Of a DNA stretch of 54,851 bases, positions 1 through 10,055 are shown in pieces. How positions within the stretch are numbered: position 1 is the stretch's first letter; the number at the start of each line of letters is the position of its first letter. Below the pieces are notes generated by a model. That model made no database searches. It saw only the letters and a program-made list of their open reading frames with translations, and was not told the origin of the DNA. The translations under genes and the position numbers were made by a program. Source of the DNA: Phoronis australis (taxonomy: Eukaryota > Animalia > Phoronida); contig NMRA01000495.1 in the NCBI GenBank assembly GCA_002633005.1, positions 42,921 through 97,771 on the forward strand, given 5' to 3'.

Positions 1-784
1 GGTTAAGTGGACCTCCGGCATACCACGGACAGAGGAACAACTGTCCCACTTGCCAGAGTGTCCCGCGACACACTCCCACTGGATGGTGACCTGAGCACCC
101 AAACTGCTTACACCATGTCGTGTGACTCCCTCGCCACACACCTGGCACCTTCTAAATAGCTCCAACACTTTAGACAAGTCCACAATAAACTTATCAAAGT
201 TTGGCTCACCGATCTGTTCACTGGACGACGAACTGTCCTCTTCACTGGTTGTCGAACTGGGTCAGTAAGCACTCCCACTACTCAATATCGCTGCAGAGCT
301 GCTTAGAGGCTCTGGGCTGGAGAAAACAGCACAGGGCGAATCACTACTGGTTCCAGGATTGGCACGCTCTGGGGCCATACGTTCGGAGGCACGGGTGACA
401 GTGGATGAAGTGCCTCCACTGGCTCCATTCACTGTACTGGCCACAGCTCGCGAGGCTTCTCTCCTCAAAAACGCACTTCTCGGGGGTGGCGACGGGGCAC
501 TGCCGGGAATCAACACAAACGAAACGGCAACCTTCTTCAGGCGTTGTTTCGCAGGGACCTTCATCAGTTCAGCGTACAAATCCCTTTCGTAATCGGACGG
601 CAGAAAGTGCTTGCCACACACACGACTGCTTTGTACGTTGCGTGGTCGGGTAACGCTCGTTCTTCACACGAACGAGCCAAGTACGGCGAAGTGTGTCATC
701 CATCGGAAAACGATGCTAAGGTACTCCCAAAGCGCTTGTGAGACGATAATTAGTACATCCCGGTACGCAGCAACACTGTGGCAT
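1..784 (-). pseudogene. THAP zinc finger fused to a Kolobok/Mutator-like transposase N-terminus, disrupted
   Basis: ATG at 784 gives MPQCCCVPGCTN..*HRFPMDDTLRRTWLVRV, then a frameshift into VCGKHFLPSDYE..RLKKVAV (THAP C2CH, P, W, F and AVP-like motifs). An acidic linker follows, then KFIVDLSKVLELFRRCQVC..GAQVTIQWECVAGH and, after another frameshift, WDSCSSVRGMPEVHL. Two in-frame stops and two frameshifts. Confidence 0.8.
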
Positions 785-1049
785 GTTGAATGACTAGTAA
801 ATGAAAGCAAACGACGACGTAACTTAACACAACCGAGGTAGAACAATGACTGACTCGGCAGCTCTCACAGTCAGACTATATGAAAAGAAATTGGCGCGAA
901 ATGCTTGCCTCCTAAAACGTCACTTCCGGAATAGCGGACGAGTAATTAACAAAATCACGAAAAGCTGTTATTAAGTGGAAAATATGTCTAGGATAACCAA
1001 CCAACCTTATTTTAGCTCAAAATGACATGAAAAAACGTTGCCTTCGCCT
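1..1049 (-). mobile_element. Decayed Kolobok-like DNA transposon, 5' part (runs off the window start)
   Basis: On the minus strand TTAA (1050-1053) is followed by AGGCGAAGGCAACG, the TTAA|RR terminus typical of Kolobok; a THAP plus transposase N-terminal pseudo-ORF starts at 784. Confidence 0.7.
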
Positions 1050-2807
1050 TTAAAACCGGCATTTTATGGCAGAGCTACTTCTATGCTCATGAGATCGGTT
1101 TCCTACTTACGGTCGTGATAGGGTTTTATTTCCGTGACCAACTAGATGGATTCCATGTTCTTGTTGCTGATGGAAATATAATTCTGTCACGGTAACGAAA
1201 CGTGAGTGACATTTTAGAGCCAAAGTTTTAATTCTTCTTGCGTTTTTAACGGAGGATGATGCAGATCAAAGGAGTCCTCTCTTGGAAAGTGCCCCGACGA
1301 TGGAATCAATTACCATTCATCATGTTTACTCCGTGAATTTAAACATCCTTTTACGTTAACTTGGATTACGGAATTAATGGTGACTCTTTTTTGTTTATTT
1401 TTCCGTTAGCATGCGCGCACCCAGGGGTGGCTCGAGGGACTCGAACGAGCCCCCACCCCCATTTGGCGAAGTGGGCAAAAATATCCGAACCAGAGAAACA
1501 AAATGTCCAAAAATTCGAGTCCCCTATTATTTAAGCTGTTAATTATAAGACACTTATGTCTCAGTTTTCAATTGCTGAATAGTATATCGTCTGCAACTCA
1601 GGTGCCGATTCCTAGGAAATTAAAATATCTCATGTTGTTTTTTAACTATTTCCAGGAGACTAGTTCAGTGCTCAGTAGCCGCTGTTTTCATCTTTGCTAC
1701 CTCTTTTCAAGAAATAAATCGTTACTTCTAAAACTGCCACCTAACGCGCAAGTACATACATATAGGATATATAGGATGTGATCCGCCATGTGAATAGTCT
1801 AGATGAAGTATTTGAAAAATCTGCCGAAAAAAATACAAGAAACTTAGAGATTCGAAGCGCATGGGATAAATACAAAGCGTACCTCGATTGGCGTACATGA
1901 AGTAATATCCCAATCGACCTTATTCCGCGTAACGACCTCGACCTTCGGTCTCGGTCTATACGCGAAATAATGTCTCGTGGCCCGTACGCCGCTCTCGGTA
2001 CGTTTCGTGTATTTACCGCTGTTTTTTAAGTGAAATAACTCAATGAAGTGTTGATTTTAGCCTTGGCAAATAGCAACTCCAAAGTTAACAAAGCCGGGAC
2101 CATCGGATGCGCCGACGCATGCACGGACAAAAAGGTTTGTGACATGCTTGTTTTCATTATAGAACTTCTTCCAGGTGTATGTTTCTTCTGATGAAATGAG
2201 CCACTTAAAGAGGTATGGAATGCGAAAACTTGCACAAAATACAATTTATACAGATAGTGTCGAATTTACTCTTTGGGGATGCTAACGTGGGAGTTATTAA
2301 TTAACTTTGGACATCGCAAAAAGTTCCAGAAAGAAATTGTCAGCTAGATTGATTATTTTTGAACTAAACGAAATATAAACTTTTATCCCAATACAGTTTT
2401 CAAATTCTCCAACCTTATAATATGTTTGTGCTCATGCCCTCAAAGAAGTCGGACTGGCTGGTGCTTGAAATCAATGAGATAAATATAGCTCAATGTTTGA
2501 AATATTTTTTCTTTACATCAAAGGTTAAAAGTCACATTTTCCATATAAGGGAAAGGTGCTACGTCCGTGTCTTCCCATACGTGCTTTATCAAGTGGGAGA
2601 AATCGACTGATCGTTTTTTGAAATTTGAAACTAAAGGAAAATGCTTTGACATCAACAGAAATTCAAAATTTGTACCAAGAAACCGTAAAAATATCTGGTG
2701 AACAGTTTGACTTCTGTTTTAGTGGCAGAGAATTTCTGTTTTTCATGTTCTCTGTAACTTCATAGGGACATTATCGGCAAGTAAATTGAATTTCTGAGAT
2801 CGTTTTC

Positions 2808-2880
2808 AGCGCAGATTCGAACCTGCACAAATTAACCCCCTCGACCGCAGCCAAACGCTCCACTGGCGGAGCTAAATCCC
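2808..2880 (-). mobile_element. tRNA-derived SINE-like head
   Basis: Minus strand reads TTAGCTCCGCCAGTGGAGCG (A-box-like) ... GGTTCGAATCT (B box); no clean cloverleaf. Confidence 0.45.
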
Positions 2881-3330
2881 ACTTGATAAATAGTGAGCAT
2901 TTTGAGCGTGTTTAACCAGTGGTAAAGTCACGGGCCTTAAATTCAACGACTGTCGACAGCGGCAAAGATAGGTCATTTCTAATAAAGTCACAAACGAGTT
3001 TTGTTGTTTTAGTACTGGTCAAAGCTAATAACTTCAGTTTAAGAAGTCCATCGAATCCAAAAATAACCCCAAGAATGCGTCTTTTGTCCATAAAACCGAC
3101 AATACCCCTTAAAAATGCGTTAGTAAAGGAAATTTATACCCTCCTGTGAATAATTCCATAATAGCAAAGAATTACCGTGTATGAATGGTATTTTTCTGTT
3201 TTTTGCAAGACCGAGTGCTGGGACGTGACATTTCATGCATAGACTTATAAACCATGGTCAGTGAAAATGCGGTGCAACCACATGCTTACGCCTGGACGTA
3301 ACTTAGATCTAACTTTTTGCAGGGATTTTT

Positions 3331-4644
3331 CTATGTGAACATGATTAACAGATTAGCAATGAGGAAGAAATGCAACTTTTTTCCGGAGGCGCTGTTTGGT
3401 GTAGGCATGCTTTGTTTGTCCTTTTCGTACCATCTTCCAAGCAACATGGCTGACAACAACGGTTTCGTCATTGTATCTTTTGTGGCAATTTGCCCGTCAT
3501 CGAATGACCATTCTCCAATGTCTAAGCCAACAGGGGAGGCTAAGACTTCAGGCATGATATACTTGGTGTCGAATTTTCCTCTCAGTTGAATTTTGCTGAA
3601 CGTTGTGTTGGCAAACGTTGTTGAAGACCCACAAGATTGTTCTGACTGGTTGGCACATCTGACAAGTGCGCATGCCTGTATGTAATACTGTCCTTCCAAC
3701 GTGTGCAAACCGTCAAAAGCGCCCAGTGCATAAAGATCGTTATTGTCCAAGCTATTTGTTGAAAAATCAAGAAAACAGCACACGCGATTTTGACAAACGC
3801 AAAGTTTGTCCTTTGTTTTCTCCAACTTCACCCACGAATACATGTCACCAAATAGCACAGAACGAAACTCCTTGAATGATTCACGTGCGCATTTTTGTTC
3901 AACGGGTACATACGGGCGATTTGGAGTTGGTTTCCGGTTAATTGTCGCTACCACTAACTGACCTTCGGGATCATCGGGTTCGTATGAAAAATTAGCATGA
4001 ACCTGTGGTGTATAAATGCCGCTTCCAACCATTCTATTTGGCGGTAGATGTATATTTGCTGAGAGCAAATTCACGTTCATCATCCTGGCAAAAGCTTGGT
4101 GAGTTTCTATTGAAGCAAACAGCGGGAAAACGTTCATCCATGCCGTTGGGAAAACAATATGGTCGATGCTATGCCTTTCCACCAACGTAACTGCAGGCTC
4201 CTTGAACAGGATGTCGAAACAAATAAAAGTTCCGAAACGTCCAAACGGAGTATCGAAGAAAATGTGTTCCACGGGTGGTTTGTTGAATGGTTCTGTAAGA
4301 AATAAGTGCTGTTTGTGATATTTGGCGACTAAACACCCCTTTGGATCAAACACAACATTAGTATTAAAGATGTATTCACCCGACAAAGGACAATCTGTGT
4401 CAACAATTCTTGTACAGGGCTGCTTATCCCCCATATTGGCAACCAGATAAAACTCATTCTCCTTGGCAATACAGCCCAAGCGTTTCTGAACGGATATGTC
4501 GTACGTGCTGTTGATGACGTCACACGGGCACCAAGCTTGGTTGCTTGGTTCAGGAACGTATTCCATATAAGGGTAAATGGCCTCCCGTGACTTGAAACCA
4601 AATCCGTAAAGTCCGTCTTCTGGGAAAACCAAGATATTTGCATC
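3331..4644 (-). CDS. Vanin/biotinidase-like exon 2 (DANILVFPEDG ... stop)
   Basis: Acceptor ttcatttccag|GAT at 4645/4644, in frame with the 433-aa ORF. Confidence 0.93.
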   Translation of the reverse strand, partial: DANILVFPEDGLYGFGFKSREAIYPYMEYVPEPSNQAWCPCDVINSTYDISVQKRLGCIAKENEFYLVANMGDKQPCTRIVDTDCPLSGEYIFNTNVVFDPKGCLVAKYHKQHLFLTEPFNKPPVEHIFFDTPFGRFGTFICFDILFKEPAVTLVERHSIDHIVFPTAWMNVFPLFASIETHQAFARMMNVNLLSANIHLPPNRMVGSGIYTPQVHANFSYEPDDPEGQLVVATINRKPTPNRPYVPVEQKCARESFKEFRSVLFGDMYSWVKLEKTKDKLCVCQNRVCCFLDFSTNSLDNNDLYALGAFDGLHTLEGQYYIQACALVRCANQSEQSCGSSTTFANTTFSKIQLRGKFDTKYIMPEVLASPVGLDIGEWSFDDGQIATKDTMTKPLLSAMLLGRWYEKDKQSMPTPNSASGKKLHFFLIANLLIMFT

Positions 4645-6785
4645 CTGGAAATGAAAATCGGATAGAGAATTACAATATTTTAATATTATGAAATAAAATT
4701 CATTTGAATTAGGCTACTTAGGTAGAAGACAGCTGGTCTGCTTTCGGATTTATGTGAAAGCCAACCAGACGTCTGTCGACGAGCGTGCTCAGTTCACTGA
4801 GACAGCGGATCAAACGTCCTATCTGCCTTGTGATTGGATGGCACTATGGATTGTGCACCAATCATTCCCAGCCATGTACAGTTACCTACGTGTGCGTCGT
4901 CCGACTTCTGCCTGGTACTCTAATCTAATTAAGTTACTCGAAATCAAACTCGAAAATACATTAAGCTTTTACTGTCTACAAAAACTCCAGTAAGAGCTCG
5001 AATTTCGAGTAAAAACTCGAAATTTTCTAATTCAGGCTCGAACTTATAGCTTAACACTGGGGGTCATCAAGTGCACGTAAACCGCGCTAATATAGCCCAC
5101 TCCAACACAGAGTAATAGACACTTATATATCCGTCTAGTGCAGTCGTACCAGAGTGGAAGATGTTAAAAATAATTCCTTTTCGAGTAAACATTAGATCCC
5201 AGCCAGCTGTGGCTTCAGCTTAAAGTGACATGTCAGAAGTGAATTGCAATAGGTGGGCCTTATAATGCGTTAACATGGGCGACGCAGCACTGAAATAAGT
5301 GGAATTATAGCCCCCGGCCCCCTACGGTGCGCACCGCCCATGCTCATGGGCTGCGCAGCACTGAAATTAATAAGTGGGATGCTATAGCCACCCCCCAGCC
5401 CTCTATGGTACGACGCTCATGCATTAAAGTGCCGTTTACACTTACAAAGTTGACACGGATCAGCTGACACAGAACAAGTTCAAGTGTGTAAACGGACTGA
5501 CACGGAGCAAATTGACACCGCGGTGACAAATTTTTGCCACCCGTTTGTGAGGTAGAGCAATTTGCGCCCGAACATCTTGCGCCGTATCAAATTATAAGTT
5601 TAAACGCGAAACTGGAGCAAGGCGGAAAAGATCATCTCTACTGCGCTTGTGCAATGACCTTCATACGGGTTTCTTTGTCTCTACAACTCTCGACATTTGT
5701 AAACCTGCGCATGTGCGATCCAGTCTCTCCAGCCTGCAATTTCCTCTCTTGCCACGGTTAGTAAGTTGTGTCTGTTGTAAACGACCGCTTGACACGGGTC
5801 AGTTTGCTCCGTGTCAGTTGCGCCGGGCCAAAAGTTGATGTCTAAACGGGACTTAAGATTAGTCAGCTAACTAAAACCTCAACATGTTTACACCATTGTT
5901 GCCCACAAAGTCCCTAGGATATTTCCCGGTATAACTCGAACACATTCTTGACAGGGAAATTATATATACCCTGTTGTGAAATATACTGTCACTTTAGATA
6001 GATATTGTCCCCCGGGAGACAAAGATATGCCGAGTATCAGAATATATGACGTTACAGACACATAATGTTGCGTAGACGTTGTTATATATATTATCGCGAA
6101 TTTTAAGATGGGCGCGTAAGTAAACACAGACATGTTAAACCCCGGCCACGTTTCGGTTTATTACTTAAATGTGATATATAATCGCACTCGATATCAATTA
6201 AAATTCGACCTCAAGATATTATAAGATTTTATACTTTGAACTTAGTTAAGTTTTAGTCCGGAGAAACAAAGACCTGTAATGCATTAGATGTTGAATTGTG
6301 GTCTTGCGTTAGTTGAAATTGTTTATCAGTAAAACGCCAACACCCTGTGCGTGTGCGCACTATACTTTCTGTTCCTGTATCAGGAATACATAAATCATTT
6401 GTGGCGAGTTTGCGTCTACGATTTTACGTGATATGTCGACTGCGTTTTAGGGTGATTGTTCTTATACGGATTTATTCGGTACTTAAACATGAAACATAAT
6501 TTTCAGTTTGATTTCCTCGCTTTCGACATGTACTAATTGGTGCCATAAGGTTATCACTTTATAATTACTTGCCTTGGCAAGTTTCGCGCGTTCGGCCATT
6601 ACGTCCAAGTTTCTGTCCATGTGTTTTACTGCCTCATCTCTAGTTATTACGTTAGACCGGCTCGGTGGCAAAACGACCGCATGCTCGTACACTGCCGCGC
6701 TGAAAGTGTCTCCGTCCTTAAATACAGCCCCTTCTATTGAAAAGATTGCCGCGAGAACAGCCAACACTGAATATTCGACAACCAT
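3331..6785 (-). CDS. Vanin/biotinidase (pantetheinase) family nitrilase-fold amidohydrolase, 2 coding exons (6785-6573, 4644-3331), about 508 aa
   Basis: Signal-peptide-like N-terminus MVVEYSVLAVLAAIFSIEGA; family motifs AAVYEHAV, NLD, ILVFPEDG (catalytic E), YHKQHLF (K), FGTFICFDILF (C), FPTAWMN, GSGIY; vanin C-terminal domain (YALGAFDGLH, IQACALVRC, LLGRWYEKD); hydrophobic GPI-signal-like tail. Confidence 0.95.
5427..5854. mobile_element. MITE, PIF/Harbinger-like, in the vanin intron
   Basis: Imperfect TIRs AAGTGCCGTTTACAC / GTCTAAACGGGACTT and internal inverted sub-repeats (ctgacacggagcaaa / tttgctccgtgtcag). Confidence 0.65.
6573..6785 (-). CDS. Vanin/biotinidase-like exon 1
   Basis: ATG at 6785, signal peptide and AAVYEH motif; donor probably AAG|GCAAGT. 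Confidence 0.85.
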
Positions 6786-6882
6786 GATGTTGCTTGTCAC
6801 GGTAGGTGAAGTAATCGAACGATAAAACAAACAAGCAGATATTCGGTTGTGCGAGATTATCTGCAATGCTGTTGACATCCGA

Positions 6883-6892
6883 GTCACGTGAC
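6883..6892. promoter_or_regulatory. Palindromic E-box GTCACGTGAC (CLEAR/USF-type) upstream of the vanin-like gene
   Basis: Perfect 10-bp palindrome about 100 bp upstream of the ATG. Confidence 0.45.
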
Positions 6893-9260
6893 GAAACTAG
6901 TTTTACTTGGGGCCAGGGGGTGTTAAGTGTAGTTTTCCCAACTATATATTTACAGAAAGCCGCGCAAAGCCTAAACGGAAATAAGCTTGTAACCAAGAAA
7001 CACACAATGCAACAGGTATAAACTTAGTCAATCATTAAACTGAATTGAATTAAGTTGATAACATGCAGTTTCGTAGGGAATCTGGCCATGAAAAACTGCC
7101 ATGTAAGCGACACGTCCCGTTAAGCCTACCTCTAAATAATCCCCGGTTTAATTTATTTTCAGAGATGACTAAGTTCCTGGAATAGATCCCGTATCTGTAG
7201 GACATCTGAATCGACCGAGTTAAAAAAATGGGTTAATGGTTGTACCTTCCTAATAGTTTCATTTTGTCGTTTAGAAGTAAGCCGCGATACATTTTCATAT
7301 TAGGCCTACATACACTAAAGCTGCACTTGCATTTCACCCCGTTTAGCAGACTAAAAAACGTAAATGAAATTGTGCCATACCTTTTCGCGATTGGGCTATT
7401 TCCGTTACCAACTACAGAACATCGAAACCACTTCGGAGTTTATTGTTGGCCTCGTGTACGCATTGTTCATGTATCCTATCTAGTAATACGAGCGGGACCG
7501 TTCAAGTGGTTTTGGAAATTGAATTTACGGGCAATAGCGAAACTACGTTAGTGTTTTTAGAGATTGTCGCAGGTTTTTAACATTCCCATGGGCCATTCAA
7601 TGGTATAGAACGTGAGAAACAGACCTAAACTGCATTATTCAAGGCTCGCTGGTCCCTAGGCAACACGTAGCCCCTCGGTTGGCCGGTTAGGGGCTACAAT
7701 ACTTCCCATCACTTTCTGTACGAATTTTGTCCCGTGTATTTTAAATGGGCGCCGGGTAGGCCAAATCCGGCCATCAATTAGGAGTTTTCACCTTGTCAAA
7801 TATACATTTCACACTATCACCTAAAAAAGCGCTCACTTTCTTCAGTGGTCCTTTCTATTTCTTCACATATCTTCGATGAAGCTTAGTTACGAGAATTAAG
7901 ATGACTTTGGTGAAGAATTCCAACTCCACTGTCTTGGTCAACATTAACTTTTCACCACGCGCGCGATAACCACGAAGTATTTCAACTGAGTCACTGGATC
8001 GAGTTAGGCAAAGGCTAGCGTGAGACTGAGCGAAGCGCGTGCCGCTGATGCGACACTTGCAAAATAGCATGGGAAGGTATCAGGTGAAATTTGTAAGATT
8101 TGTGTCTCTTGGACTTTTTATTCGTCAACATGTGTGATTTCACGTAACTTCCTCAAAATGATCCCCGATAAGAGAAACTCGAGCAAACCGCGACAGATTT
8201 TCATAGATTTGTTCAAATCATCTTGACTGAATCGTCTCCAGACTTATGGCATGTGTTAATTATAACTCCATGTGCATATATGCATGTTTCATTTGATTTT
8301 ATTTCTTGTGTTTTGAAGTTCGTAAATTTTTGTGCAGTGTTGTATTGGTAAAATTAAGAGGTAAGCCCACAGCCGTGAGAGCTGAAATTTAAATTGCAAT
8401 GAACTCGCACAATATGACTCGCAAACATGTAGGCTTATTTTTGACTCACGAGTGGGTATTTACAGTTTGCAGTAGCGGATCTTGGATGTCGGAGAAAAAG
8501 GTCAAACCACGTACACATATTTGAAGGCAAAGGTCCGCGCGCATTCCAAGTGGTTTCTGAAGAGGGCCCATGCACAATTATAACTTAGGTCTGAATCACA
8601 ATCAAGGTCCATATTCGAGAGTTGACTAAAATAATTTTTCATGGTCACTTACCAAATGCTAACTGAATCTAATATGCAAAGAGTTATTTATTTGAACAAA
8701 TTAAAAAAGAATCATCAAAATCGGACAATGTTTGAGAAATTTATGCATGTTTTTGTCTATGAATTTCATGCATTTTTAGAGTTAGGAGTGGCCATTTTAG
8801 AAATTACACCAGCCTAAACTGTAGGGATGCAAGGGTTTATAATTTTTGTGTTAGCGTACCGTTTGACTAAAAAAAAGAAACAGTAAACAGGGTTTGTTCA
8901 GGGCCTATGGATTTTTTATTCACCCCCGAGCACCCCTGGCTTCGCGTATACGCTAGTCAGCAATTCGCACCCGAATTGCGAAATGGTATCTGGTAGAACT
9001 TTAGGGGGGGTCATGGCCCCCTTGCCCCCCCCCCCCCTAAATCCGTCACTATCCTTGGGTAAAAATAAAGGCAGCGAAAAACATTTTGGATATAGGCCTA
9101 AATGTGGGGCAATACGGTAGAACAGATAGTTTTCCAAATTGACTATATTTTAAACCTCAGTGAAATCCCTCTTTAGTGGGGACATTTTGATAGATACTGT
9201 TCTGCAAGGAGCTTCATTCAGCCTTCAAATGAAATGGATTTTGACAAAGTGAACAATATA

Positions 9261-9266
9261 TTTATT
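9261..9266 (-). other. Candidate NASP polyadenylation signal AATAAA
   Basis: tttatt on the plus strand, about 720 bp downstream of the NASP stop. Confidence 0.35.
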
Positions 9267-9989
9267 TGGCATAAACAACAGGACGTAACATTGTTGACTG
9301 TTAGCTTCACAATAGCTTTAGAACATACAAAAATAGTGAATTGATTTCACAATGGGCGTGATTTATACAAAAATAATGGCAGAAAAAATACAATTTATAA
9401 AAAATTGACAATGGGCAGCTGAGTTTAGCAAATGCTTTGGTCTCTGCCAGAGAATGGATTCATGTTTAATGGCAAGTCGCAATTTGTTCAATCTCAAGTT
9501 TCAAAATGTCATAGGGAAGACTCAATTGTCAATTTCTATTGACTTTCGCATCTACAGGTCACATCAACTTATACCATACATTTGTGAAAGAATTTTCAAA
9601 ATGTCACAAAATTCTCAAATTGTCAGACTTTCAGGCAAGCAAGTTTTGCCACAAAATGTCGCCATGTCACAAGAAATCCATTCCCTGTTCTGGCTTTCAA
9701 AACTATGGATAAAGCTACACATTTTACACCAGTTTACCACTTTTTAATAAATAAACCATAGTTTGCTTTAACAGGACACTACAACTAGATAACAACATGA
9801 GCAAAACAAGCAAACCAAAACAGATACGTGAACATAGACTGCAGGACAAATTGAATACATTCTGAAATTCAAGGTCAGCTCAACATTACTCCGATAGATA
9901 ATATATACAATAAGCAGCAGGATGCTAGAGGTCACAAGGTCATGGTCATAAGGTCATGACACCAAGTTCAGATGTAGTTGAAGGATATC

Positions 9990-10055
9990 CTAGTTACTTG
10001 GCTGGGCGGCCTCTTTTGTTTTCAACACGTCTTCTACAGATTTCACTTGCATCTC
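9990..10055 (-). CDS. NASP: NASP last coding exon ([21 protein letters not shown])
   Basis: ttttttcag acceptor, phase 0, TAG at 9992-9990. Confidence 0.75.
   Translation of the reverse strand, partial: EMQVKSVEDVLKTKEAAQPSN

Noticed and set aside
262-621. ORF resembling retrotransposon gag (FLPSDY)
   Set aside because: It is the CxxHF part of a frameshifted THAP domain; no LTR or pol features.
5275-5420. Two ~70-bp CATGGGC...CATG units
   Set aside because: They look like degenerate short MITE-like repeats (similar pieces at ~1410 and ~44600); too decayed to classify.
7240-9200. Short ORFs between the vanin-like gene and NASP
   Set aside because: No recognisable domains or consistent exon chain; probably repeat-derived intergenic DNA.
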